Made by a program: the position numbers and the translations under genes. Shown here piece by piece: positions 46,438 through 53,888 of a stretch of 54,586 bases of DNA. This stretch comes from a virus (Duplodnaviria > Caudoviricetes). The DNA is taken from the IMG/VR virus record IMGVR_UViG_3300042519_001736, positions 1-54,586 of that record. One strand, 5' to 3'. How positions within the stretch are numbered: position 1 is the stretch's first letter; each line of letters starts with the position of its first letter. The notes under the pieces were generated by a model. That model was not told where the DNA came from, ran no database searches, and was given only the letters and a program-made list of their open reading frames with translations.

Positions 46438-46662
46438 TCACTGGTCGCGCCAATGGTCGAGCTGGTCGGCTATCGCGGCGGCCGTGGCATGCCAGGCCAC
46501 CGGGCTAATGATCGCCCGGGGATTATCGGCGGGCACGCCCGCGTCGACCACCTCGGCCGCATAACGGCGCACGGCTTCAATGATAAAAGCCTGGGACAAA
46601 GGCCCGCCGGGATTCATGATCATCAGATGGTTTACTTTCTGAATGTTCGTCTGTGTCTTCAT
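46438..46662 (-). CDS. Small early protein
   Basis: MKTQTN...GPLSQAFIIEAVRRYA. Confidence 0.6.
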   Translation of the reverse strand: MKTQTNIQKVNHLMIMNPGGPLSQAFIIEAVRRYAAEVVDAGVPADNPRAIISPVAWHATAAAIADQLDHWRDQ

Positions 46663-46672
46663 GGTGGCCCCC

Positions 46673-47008
46673 TTATGGCTTGATCGTGAATGACTGATCG
46701 GCAAACCAGTCGTTTATCGCGCTATCCAGGTCAATGGCTTCGGCCAGCTTGTCGGCGTCGAATTCCCCGGCCAGGTCGGACAGGTCAATATCCCCCGCAA
46801 TAATGGTCAGCTGGCTGTCGCGCAGCTCTCCGGCCAAGTTGGCCAGGTTGATGTGTTCAACCAGTTCTGACAGGTTGATGTTTTGGGCTATGCCTTCCAT
46901 GGCGTTTTCGCCGTCAGCATTTGCCAGCTCTTGGCGCACCATGTCGGCCACCATCGGGCGCAGCTGCTCGGCCAGGTCTTTCACAAGGGCTTCAATAATG
47001 TGTTGCAT
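46673..47008 (-). CDS. Acidic early protein with internal I[ND]L..L repeats
   Basis: 111 aa, 23 D/E against 6 K/R by hand count. First gene behind a promoter. Confidence 0.65.
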   Translation of the reverse strand: MQHIIEALVKDLAEQLRPMVADMVRQELANADGENAMEGIAQNINLSELVEHINLANLAGELRDSQLTIIAGDIDLSDLAGEFDADKLAEAIDLDSAINDWFADQSFTIKP

Positions 47009-47060
47009 GTTCTTTCTCGCTTTCTAGGTTTTGGCCCGGCGAAATGCCTGGCACGGGTGC

Positions 47061-47090
47061 ATTGTAAAACTACTTTTATCAACTTGTCAA
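47061..47090 (-). promoter_or_regulatory. Early promoter TTGACA-18-TACAAT
   Basis: Same architecture and leader motif. Confidence 0.8.
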
Positions 47091-47230
47091 CTGTCCCCAC
47101 CAAATATTTTGTGGAACAGCCAAAAGCCCAGCAGCTTGAAGACCAGGCCTTTGTTCTGCTTGTCGTCGGGGGGTTTCGGTGGAGGTCGTCTCAGCGCGCG
47201 GTAAAGCGCGCGGCGTTCTGACCGGCGCAT
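47087..47230 (-). CDS. 47-aa basic peptide with a hydrophobic C-terminus
   Basis: Read by hand: MRRSERRALYRALRRPPPKPPDDKQNKGLVFKLLGFWLFHKIFGGDS. Confidence 0.5.
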   Translation of the reverse strand: MRRSERRALYRALRRPPPKPPDDKQNKGLVFKLLGFWLFHKIFGGDS

Positions 47231-47233
47231 GCG

Positions 47234-47563
47234 TCACTCTTTTACCAGGTCGTCAGGGATTTCCACGGTGTCGCCCAGCTTGCTGGCAACGTAGCACCGC
47301 ATGGCTGCGACCAAAGGGGTCGGGCCGTTCTGCATAGCCAAGCCACCGGGCGCGGGGCACTCTGCCTCCCACAGTGAATCATTGACGCAGTGCAGGTCAA
47401 TCCACTCTCGCTCAATGATCGGCCCACCTTTCGCCCAGTTGGTGGAATAAAGGTGCGGGCAATTCTTGGCCCTCCATCTTGTGGCTCTGTCGCTGACCGC
47501 CAAGCCTTCACACTTTGCCACCGCCCAATCAAGGGCAGCGCCTGTCAATTCTGATGTTTTCAT
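47234..47563 (-). CDS. DUF2591 / NinX-like protein
   Basis: LTGAALDWAVA, YSTNW..GGPIIERE, GPTPLVAAMRCYVASKLG. Confidence 0.82.
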   Translation of the reverse strand: MKTSELTGAALDWAVAKCEGLAVSDRATRWRAKNCPHLYSTNWAKGGPIIEREWIDLHCVNDSLWEAECPAPGGLAMQNGPTPLVAAMRCYVASKLGDTVEIPDDLVKE

Positions 47564-47659
47564 GTCTTTCTCTCTTTCTGTGGTTAAGGGTAGGCTACTC
47601 ACCGCGTCAAGTCGTGGATGGACCCACATAATCGCCGTCAGCAGCTTTCGCCCGTGGCC

Positions 47660-47689
47660 ATCCTAGCACAACTTCTGCCTACAAGTCAA
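47660..47689 (-). promoter_or_regulatory. Promoter TTGACT-18-TAGGAT
   Basis: Upstream of the AGAAAGAGAGAAA leader of the NinX-like gene. Confidence 0.6.
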
Positions 47690-48105
47690 CTGTCCACGAG
47701 ATGGTTCCGCAGCTCTGCCCATGAAATGCCTGTCCAAGGCCAACGGGCCAGTGCAGGGGTATCGATGCCTAGGTTAACCAGGTCAATGGCCTGTTCCCCG
47801 CAATACAGCAGCAGTTCGGACTTGCTGGCATGCGCAGTGCCGGCCGGGTGATACTGGACAAGGATGTAGGTCGGGCAGCGTAGGTCGGCATGCTTGATGT
47901 GGAAAGCTACCTGGTGAGGCGACAAGTTGACCTTGCGGCCCCGTTTGACCACCTTGAGCTCCACCATCACAAACACCCCATGCGGGAATGCCATCAGAAC
48001 ATCAGGGATGCCCAGATTGACCCGGGACTCAATCCGGGTGAAATGGCAGTTTGGGATATTTTCCCGGACCCTCTTGTACAGGTTCGCTTCCGGTTTCAGG
48101 GCCAT
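47686..48105 (-). CDS. VRR-NUC / Holliday-junction resolvase-like nuclease
   Basis: E..LY, RIE, GIPD, VELK, LSPHQVAFH. Confidence 0.82.
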   Translation of the reverse strand: MALKPEANLYKRVRENIPNCHFTRIESRVNLGIPDVLMAFPHGVFVMVELKVVKRGRKVNLSPHQVAFHIKHADLRCPTYILVQYHPAGTAHASKSELLLYCGEQAIDLVNLGIDTPALARWPWTGISWAELRNHLVDS

Positions 48106-48703
48106 CTGGTTCTTCCTCTTCTGGTTCTTCTTCGATTTGCTTGGGGGTCACATCCACGATGAGAGCGGCCGCGCCACCGTACAAGCGCTTGATCTCTTCC
48201 AGCTTACGCTGCACCTCGTCCTTGCTCATGCTGTCGATGGTGCCGTGGCGAATTTCCTTGCGCTCGATGTAAATCGTGCCCAGGGCCTGGCCACGGCGAT
48301 ATTCAGCCTGGACGGCCGCGCCATATGCGCCAGCCTGCAGCGCCTGGTCGCGAATGACCTGCAGGTCTCGCATGTGGCGCTCAAAGGTCGTGCCGTACTT
48401 CTCGCCCAGCTCCCGGCGGCGCTCTTGGATTGCCACGACAATGTGCGGGCAAATCTCCGGATCGGTCAGCTCACGTGCACGGTTCTTCGCCCAGGCCTCG
48501 CTGTACCCGGCGCGCAGGGCGGCCTCTTTCAAGGTGACGTGGCCATCGCCCGCGCAAAACTCTTCCACGAACTTCCATTCCTGGGGTGTCAGGACTCGGG
48601 GCTTGTGGGTCTTGACCGGTGCGGTCACCCGGGCCTCGACAACAGCAGGCCTTCCTCCTAGGCTTTTACCGGTCAAGAACTTGTCGTCCTTGTACGTGCC
48701 CAT
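48029..48703 (-). CDS. terS: Terminase small subunit
   Basis: LTPQEWKFVEEF...AALRAGYS HTH, oligomerisation helices, G.IYIERKEI. Likely start MGTYK at 48703. Confidence 0.8.
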   Translation of the reverse strand: MGTYKDDKFLTGKSLGGRPAVVEARVTAPVKTHKPRVLTPQEWKFVEEFCAGDGHVTLKEAALRAGYSEAWAKNRARELTDPEICPHIVVAIQERRRELGEKYGTTFERHMRDLQVIRDQALQAGAYGAAVQAEYRRGQALGTIYIERKEIRHGTIDSMSKDEVQRKLEEIKRLYGGAAALIVDVTPKQIEEEPEEEEPDGPETGSEPVQEGPGKYPKLPFHPD

Positions 48704-48921
48704 TAGGCAACCCTCCACAGCCGCCAGCCTTCGCCGTACCGGCGGCACGTGAACCGCGTGCCAGGGTTCCTGCGCGAGTGCATGTAGGCCGCGCTGCGCA
48801 GGTTCTTGATCCAGGTGGCATCCAGGATCAGAAAACTGTCTCCAAGGGCCATATCAGCGAATGGATAGCGCTGGCGGGGGTCGCCACCGCCAGGCAAGGG
48901 GATGTTTTTGTCGATGTTCAT
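48703..48921 (-). CDS. Small putative DNA-binding protein
   Basis: IDKNIPLP...YPFADM..GDSF...G.R.WRVA family. Confidence 0.7.
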   Translation of the reverse strand: MNIDKNIPLPGGGDPRQRYPFADMALGDSFLILDATWIKNLRSAAYMHSRRNPGTRFTCRRYGEGWRLWRVA

Positions 48922-48984
48922 GCCCACATTGTGCAACAAATCCACAGCCAACGCAACCAAAGCCCCTAAAGAGCCTCTTCAAGG

Positions 48985-49320
48985 TCAAATTCAGGGTTTT
49001 ATATAGACTTTTTTAGGGTCATGTATGAAAAGTTTTTTTCAAAAAGTTAGTCCGCGCGCATTTTATGTGAATTACACCTCATACACCTGTATATCCATAC
49101 TGTATTGCTCTAACCTATTGATCTAATTCACTTATTACATCATTACGTCTATTACACTGTTTTCAACTCAAAATATTTATGAGGTAACATATATTCTACA
49201 AATACTATATATTTCCCCAAATATCCCCGGTCCGTGGTCCTCGAACCCCTCTCCCCTACGTATTAACCCTTACCCCCACCTCATTTATCCTTGTACATAT
49301 CCATTTATCTTTATACAATT
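48985..49320. other. AT-rich non-coding region, candidate replication origin or control region
   Basis: Sharp GC drop, repeated ATTAC(A/G) motifs, no credible ORF. Confidence 0.45.
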
Positions 49321-49351
49321 GCCTCTCCCCTTGCAACCTGGAGCTTTTGCC

Positions 49352-49657
49352 ATGTCCCATCCTTCGATTGAGCGCTTGAACGAGCTTTTTGACTACAGCC
49401 CTGCGGGCAATGGTGCGTTGTTGTGGAAAGTGGGGCGCAAGGGCCGTGCTGCGGGCTCCTTTGCCGGCTATGAGACACCTCGCAATGAGCTGCGGGTGCA
49501 CATTGACGGGGTGTCGTGCCCTGCGGGCAAGGTGGTGTGGGCCTTGTGCATGGGGTATTGGCCCGAGAACCGTCTGAAGTTCTTGAACGGCGACCGCACG
49601 GACATCAGAATGGACAACCTGGTGGAGACAGACCGCCTGGACGGTCCAGGGCGCTGA
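49352..49657 (+). CDS. Degenerate HNH-endonuclease-like protein
   Basis: ERLNELFDY.P..G.L.W, IDG, W....G.WP, NGDR.D.R.DNL scaffold with the catalytic His/Asn residues replaced. Confidence 0.7.
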   Translation: MSHPSIERLNELFDYSPAGNGALLWKVGRKGRAAGSFAGYETPRNELRVHIDGVSCPAGKVVWALCMGYWPENRLKFLNGDRTDIRMDNLVETDRLDGPGR

Positions 49658-49659
49658 TT

Positions 49660-49899
49660 TCACTGCAAACTGATCCCCAGCGCTTCCTTGTGTTCGCCGG
49701 CCAGCATTTTTGCTGCGACTTCGAGGGGGATGAGGTCGCCGAACTCAATCTCTGTCACTTCGCCGAACTCCGTGGCCCGTGGGTCTTGGATCACGGGCCC
49801 GATGAGGGCGTACTTGACCCCACCGGCGGTGAGGATGACGACTTGGACCATGGGCCGTGGCCCGAGGACTTCGAGAATATCTTGGAGGGAGGGGGTCAT
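49660..49899 (-). CDS. Hypothetical protein
   Basis: ATGA-coupled ORF MTPSLQDIL. Confidence 0.55.
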   Translation of the reverse strand: MTPSLQDILEVLGPRPMVQVVILTAGGVKYALIGPVIQDPRATEFGEVTEIEFGDLIPLEVAAKMLAGEHKEALGISLQ

Positions 49900-50144
49900 C
49901 TGGGTGCCTCGACCCATCCAACGCCTGGACCTCCGTCCATGACGCCCAGGTCGAGGGCGAGTTTCTCGACCTCCCCTTCCAGCCTTCTGTTTTTCGCCAG
50001 GAGTTGCAGGACCTGGTTGGAGAGATGCTCCCCCAGGTCGTTCTGCACCTCGATCCTTCTGCGCAGGCTTTGGATGTACTCCAGGGTTTCTACGCAGGTG
50101 ATTGGCTGTGGGGGGTTGTCCGTTGAGAAGATAGCGGGTCTCAT
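49896..50144 (-). CDS. Hypothetical coiled-coil protein
   Basis: 82 aa with AAGGA RBS. Confidence 0.6.
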   Translation of the reverse strand: MRPAIFSTDNPPQPITCVETLEYIQSLRRRIEVQNDLGEHLSNQVLQLLAKNRRLEGEVEKLALDLGVMDGGPGVGWVEAPR

Positions 50145-50157
50145 GGTTTTCCTTTTG

Positions 50158-50379
50158 TTAAAGCTCGTGCTTGTTCAATTGTGGCTTGGTTTTCGGGTGG
50201 GCGCGGCTGTGGACGCTGAACTGTTTGTAGGCCACCAGGTTTTCTTCCTTGCTCAGGTGGGCGTAGGTCTGAGGGGTTTTCGTCCGGAATACGGGGTCGT
50301 TGGCGAAGATGCTGGCCCGTGGTCGGTGGGCCCAGTGGAATGGGCTATCGGGGCGGCAGTTGCAGGTTTGTTTTTTCAT
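50158..50379 (-). CDS. Hypothetical protein
   Basis: MKKQTCNCRPDSPFHW, ATGA-coupled. Confidence 0.55.
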   Translation of the reverse strand: MKKQTCNCRPDSPFHWAHRPRASIFANDPVFRTKTPQTYAHLSKEENLVAYKQFSVHSRAHPKTKPQLNKHEL

Positions 50380-50531
50380 GGTTTGTCTTTCAGGAGGATG
50401 CGTTCGAGCACTTCCATGGATCGGGTGAGGTCTTCGTGGACATAGTCTGGCAGTCGCGCTGATTGGCTCATGGCCCACGACTCTATCGCGGACAGCAGCT
50501 TGATTGCTGCGAGGGCTTCTTCTTTGGTCAT
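50376..50531 (-). CDS. Hypothetical protein (51 aa)
   Basis: Read by hand: MTKEEALAAIKLLSAIESW..., coupled at both ends. Confidence 0.55.
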   Translation of the reverse strand: MTKEEALAAIKLLSAIESWAMSQSARLPDYVHEDLTRSMEVLERILLKDKP

Positions 50532-50755
50532 GTGTTCTCCCTTGCTCGGATGGCGTCAGCGCAGTCCAAAGTAGCAACCTCCCACAAAGATTCGTTGTCT
50601 AGTGACATGCGCTCAGGAGTGGGTAAGTCATCACACACCTTTGCACACGCCTCACGCTCATCAGCACGGACAAGGGCTTCAAAGGCTTTGAGTTTTTCGT
50701 CATCCAACCACCAGCCGTGGCTGATTGTTTCTGCCATGTCTATCGTGGTTTTCAT
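50528..50755 (-). CDS. Hypothetical phage protein
   Basis: ADEREACAKVCD...CADAIRAR motif. Confidence 0.65.
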   Translation of the reverse strand: MKTTIDMAETISHGWWLDDEKLKAFEALVRADEREACAKVCDDLPTPERMSLDNESLWEVATLDCADAIRARENT

Positions 50756-50862
50756 AAACAACTCCTCAGTGTCAAAAGCCCCAGCATCAGCACGATGAAG
50801 GCCCACAGTATCCAGATCAACTGCCCGTCAGCCGGGGTTGGCTTGTCTTCGTCTTCGGTCAT
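50752..50862 (-). CDS. Small membrane peptide (36 aa)
   Basis: MTEDEDKPTPADGQLIWILWAFIVLMLGLLTLRSCL, coupled at both ends. Confidence 0.5.
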   Translation of the reverse strand: MTEDEDKPTPADGQLIWILWAFIVLMLGLLTLRSCL

Positions 50863-51086
50863 GCTTCCCTCGCTTTCATCATTTCATCCGAAACTTGATA
50901 GGCAATCCATGCAGTGTTGTACCACTCGCGGGAGTCATGGACATCTTTCGCTTGAAGGATTGACTGCATCGCCTTGGCCGCAAAGTAGTCGCGCAGGGTC
51001 ATGCCGGGTTCCGTATGCCATCCATCAACGCCCTCAAATCGTTCACCAGCCGGAAACGCTGGCCCACCTGTGTTTGTGTTGCTCAT
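50859..51086 (-). CDS. Conserved phage protein
   Basis: GGPAFP...GMTLRDYFAAKAMQ...AY..SD.M..AR. Confidence 0.75.
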   Translation of the reverse strand: MSNTNTGGPAFPAGERFEGVDGWHTEPGMTLRDYFAAKAMQSILQAKDVHDSREWYNTAWIAYQVSDEMMKAREA

Positions 51087-51175
51087 TTGATGATCCTCAT
51101 GAACGCGCCGCAACGGGCGCATTTGTAAATGGGTTGGCCCGTGACGGGCTCCCAGCGGTGTTGGCAGTCCGTCAT
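51083..51175 (-). CDS. 30-aa zinc-ribbon-like peptide
   Basis: MTDCQHRW...YKCARCG, fills the gap with overlapping start/stop codons. Confidence 0.45.
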   Translation of the reverse strand: MTDCQHRWEPVTGQPIYKCARCGAFMRIIK

Positions 51176-51495
51176 CAAAACTTCTCCCGGTAAAACTTGC
51201 CGATGACTTCGGCCAGCTCGTGGATGTGAAAGTCTCCGCCTTCGCCACCTGCATCGCTGATCCAGATCATGCCTGGCTGCAGGCTCGGTTGGAGACGCCA
51301 GCCGGCAATCTGGACTTCGTAGTGCGCCTTGCCATCCTTGACGCCCTGGTCATAGGCCACCTGGGCCTTGCACGCGTCCTCGATGGTCATGAGGGTGTAC
51401 TTTTGGCATTCTTCCCAGACGAACTTGGCGTTTTGTTCGCCAATCACCTTGCGCTCGGCTTTGGTCAATTGTTCCCACCATTGTGTAAAGGTCAT
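51175..51495 (-). CDS. Hypothetical protein
   Basis: 106-aa coupled ORF. Confidence 0.6.
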   Translation of the reverse strand: MTFTQWWEQLTKAERKVIGEQNAKFVWEECQKYTLMTIEDACKAQVAYDQGVKDGKAHYEVQIAGWRLQPSLQPGMIWISDAGGEGGDFHIHELAEVIGKFYREKF

Positions 51496-51743
51496 GGCTT
51501 CCCTCCAAACAGCCCCGTGATCCGTGACCAGGCCAGCTTGCGCAGGGACACGTTGGCCAGCTTGGTTTGCAGGGTAATGACCGTGGCGCGCAGCTCGAGG
51601 TTGCTGTTCACCAGGGTGTCCAGCTCCTCTGCTGCGTTCTTAGTTGCGCGGTCCACGCCTTCGGCAAAACCCCGCTCGTAGGCGTCCTTGGCCACTTCTT
51701 TAAAGGTGCGGCGAGGGCGTGTGGTTTTAGTGGTCGTGTTCAT
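51492..51743 (-). CDS. Hypothetical coiled-coil protein
   Basis: Start MNTTTK after GGAG. Confidence 0.55.
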   Translation of the reverse strand: MNTTTKTTRPRRTFKEVAKDAYERGFAEGVDRATKNAAEELDTLVNSNLELRATVITLQTKLANVSLRKLAWSRITGLFGGKP

Positions 51744-51987
51744 ACTGCTTCTCCATGTGGTTAAAAATTTCACGGTCGAGTCGATCGTGATCGTTCGGGG
51801 TCATCTTGCGCTCAAGCCACGGGGCTGGCCGGCCTCTGAGATCGCAGATTTCCCATTCCCCTTCACCGCCCTCTTCAGGGTAGCAACGCTCTGGCGGACC
51901 GGAGCGCTGCGCGGGGATGTAGACCTCCCAGTACTTCACGCGAATGAGGCAGGGGATGCCGCAGACGCGGGATTCAAACTCAGTCAT
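51727..51987 (-). CDS. Conserved hypothetical phage protein
   Basis: GIPCLI...D.RGRPAPWLERK. Confidence 0.65.
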   Translation of the reverse strand: MTEFESRVCGIPCLIRVKYWEVYIPAQRSGPPERCYPEEGGEGEWEICDLRGRPAPWLERKMTPNDHDRLDREIFNHMEKQYEHDH

Positions 51988-52172
51988 GGCAGCAGCCTCC
52001 CGTCAATGCGCGCGAGCAGCTTCTCGTAAGAGGACTTGTCCCGCTCCAACTCTTCAATTTCCTCCGCCCAAATCTCGACATCTGAACAGGTGGCAATTTC
52101 ATGGTGCGTGTGCTCAACAGCCAAGGCCAGTGCCCGGCGCACGTGAATAAGGTTGATTCCTGTAAAGGTCAT
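51984..52172 (-). CDS. Hypothetical protein
   Basis: MTFTGINL, ATGA-coupled. Confidence 0.5.
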   Translation of the reverse strand: MTFTGINLIHVRRALALAVEHTHHEIATCSDVEIWAEEIEELERDKSSYEKLLARIDGRLLP

Positions 52173-52489
52173 AACGGCATGTCCCCGTGCCATGGCTCGT
52201 CGTCCATGCGCTTTAGGTTGAAGATGAAGCGGTACTGCGGATGCACCTTGACGAACAGGCGCGCGTAGAACGCAATGTGGTTGTTGCAAATCTTGAAGTC
52301 CTGGCCGGTGGTCTTCATTGCCACTTCCCAGCGGATGCGGTTGATGATGAGCCAGTGGCTGATCTTCCTGTGGCCGTGGTTGATGGCCTCCAGCGTGAAG
52401 CGCTCAAAGTATTCCCACACGGCCGGGTTGGCCGCGTTGAACTTGTTGAACTCCCGCTGCCGCAGGTGGAATGGGGTGTTCATGCTCAT
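52169..52489 (-). CDS. Conserved hypothetical phage protein
   Basis: NP.VW..FERF...INRIRWE...FKICNN..AFYARLF. Confidence 0.7.
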   Translation of the reverse strand: MSMNTPFHLRQREFNKFNAANPAVWEYFERFTLEAINHGHRKISHWLIINRIRWEVAMKTTGQDFKICNNHIAFYARLFVKVHPQYRFIFNLKRMDDEPWHGDMPL

Positions 52490-52680
52490 GCTTGTTCCCC
52501 ATATCCTGTCAGATCGCGGTGCTCCCCAACCCAACCACAATCAAGGCAGCGTGACGGCGAGTCATCATCTTGCGTTTTCATGCTGTGGCAGAAGTGTTCC
52601 ATGGTATTCGCCATCCATGTGGTCCATTCCTGCAGTGTCACTCGGTCGCTCGTGCATTCGGGGCATGTCAGTTTGCTCAT
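52486..52680 (-). CDS. Zinc-ribbon protein
   Basis: CPEC...CLDCGW. Confidence 0.6.
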   Translation of the reverse strand: MSKLTCPECTSDRVTLQEWTTWMANTMEHFCHSMKTQDDDSPSRCLDCGWVGEHRDLTGYGEQA

Positions 52681-52778
52681 AACGGTGCCTCCTCTGCGTC
52701 AGATGGATAGACCGGCCCGCTCGGGGCCCGTGGTCCGTGATACGGGGGCAGTGGAAAGGGAGGGAACGGCCAGGTCAT
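52677..52778 (-). CDS. 33-aa Pro-rich peptide
   Basis: MTWPFPPFP...EEAPL, ATGA-coupled at both ends. Confidence 0.5.
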   Translation of the reverse strand: MTWPFPPFPLPPYHGPRAPSGPVYPSDAEEAPL

Positions 52779-52978
52779 GATGCCTCCTTCGCGACCTGCG
52801 TGACAGTGATCTTCAGGCTATACACGCGCTCCGCATACGCCAGCAGCGACAGCAAGACAGCTGGCTCCATCGCAATCTGTTTGTTAGTGTGGTGGTTCAC
52901 GGCCAGCCAAATCTGGTAGCCGTCAAAGCTGGCGTAAACGCCATCGCCCAGGTAGGTGTCTTGTGCGTCCTCGCTCAT
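52775..52978 (-). CDS. Conserved hypothetical phage protein
   Basis: YLGDGVYASFDGYQIWL. Confidence 0.7.
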   Translation of the reverse strand: MSEDAQDTYLGDGVYASFDGYQIWLAVNHHTNKQIAMEPAVLLSLLAYAERVYSLKITVTQVAKEAS

Positions 52979-53295
52979 GTTGCCCCCGGCGTATAGGTGA
53001 TGGCCAAGAGGTTTTGGATCATGCCTTCCAGGTGGTTGACACGCTCTTGAGCCTCGGACCGCACCTTGGTTTGCTGCACCTTCAAGGTCTCGATCTTGCT
53101 GGCAATCAGCTGCTCAGTCGTGAGAACAAAGTCCACCGTGATGGTGGCCTCGCCTACGTAGGTCCAGCCGCTGCCGCGCATGTCATGCCGGGTAAACACC
53201 AGCGACTCAAGGGCAGCAGGAGTGCCAACTTGCTCGGGGCTCAAATTGCAATGATCAGGCAACCATGCCTTCAATGTTCCAGTGATTTCGTTCAT
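52975..53295 (-). CDS. Hypothetical protein
   Basis: 106 aa, behind a promoter and an AGAAAGATAGAAA leader. Confidence 0.6.
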   Translation of the reverse strand: MNEITGTLKAWLPDHCNLSPEQVGTPAALESLVFTRHDMRGSGWTYVGEATITVDFVLTTEQLIASKIETLKVQQTKVRSEAQERVNHLEGMIQNLLAITYTPGAT

Positions 53296-53330
53296 TTCTA
53301 TCTTTCTATGTTGTCAGGATTGACAAGTTG

Positions 53331-53361
53331 ATTTTAACAGGAACCTTGAGGAACCTGTCAA
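53331..53361 (-). promoter_or_regulatory. Promoter TTGACA-19-TAAAAT
   Basis: Followed by a TTGTCA/TGACAA inverted repeat and the leader motif. Confidence 0.6.
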
Positions 53362-53373
53362 GCATTTTTAAAA

Positions 53374-53721
53374 TTATTTAAAGCCCACCATGATGGACTC
53401 AGGCCGTAGGACGTTGACACCCTTGGGACGCCACAAGTGGAGACAGTAGGGGTGGTTGTTGACGTGATCTTTTGAAGGAACGTGGAACTGCATGGCCACA
53501 TCCTCGTCATCCCAGAACATGTCTTTGACCTGGCACATCTCTTCCCAGGTCGGGCAGCGGTCCTTGCGGCTGACACTCACGTGCTCCCATCCTGCGCCGT
53601 CACTTGCGATGACGAACGCAGTCTGGGAATGCTTGAGCTTGACCACAAAGGCCCCGTTGGTGGCGTCACCCTCTGGATAACCAGAGAGCTTGACGCGGCA
53701 TTTCTCAGGCACGTGGAACAT
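53374..53721 (-). CDS. Conserved phage protein
   Basis: IASDG.GWEHVSVS..RCPTWEEMC.VK..FW...HPYCLHLW. Confidence 0.75.
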   Translation of the reverse strand: MFHVPEKCRVKLSGYPEGDATNGAFVVKLKHSQTAFVIASDGAGWEHVSVSRKDRCPTWEEMCQVKDMFWDDEDVAMQFHVPSKDHVNNHPYCLHLWRPKGVNVLRPESIMVGFK

Positions 53722-53888
53722 CAGAACACCCCGAACCAAATGCCTGTGCCGTGCACGCAGCCGACAGGAAAGAAGATCGCCCCTGCGAGCAAGAAGCCCC
53801 AAGAGGCTGTCTTAAGGCAGGTGACGACGTGCGTGAACCAGGCCAGGATGACCCAGCCAAAGCCAATAATTGCGAAAGCGTCGCTCAT
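53721..53888 (-). CDS. Small membrane protein (55 aa)
   Basis: Read by hand: AWFTHVVTC...GFLLAGAIFFPVG.VHGTGIWFG. Confidence 0.65.
   Translation of the reverse strand: MSDAFAIIGFGWVILAWFTHVVTCLKTASWGFLLAGAIFFPVGCVHGTGIWFGVF

Noticed and set aside
43886-47579. CRISPR-like or integron-like repeat array
   Set aside because: The repeats are promoter/leader elements separated by whole genes. There are no regular spacers, attC structures, cas genes or integrase.
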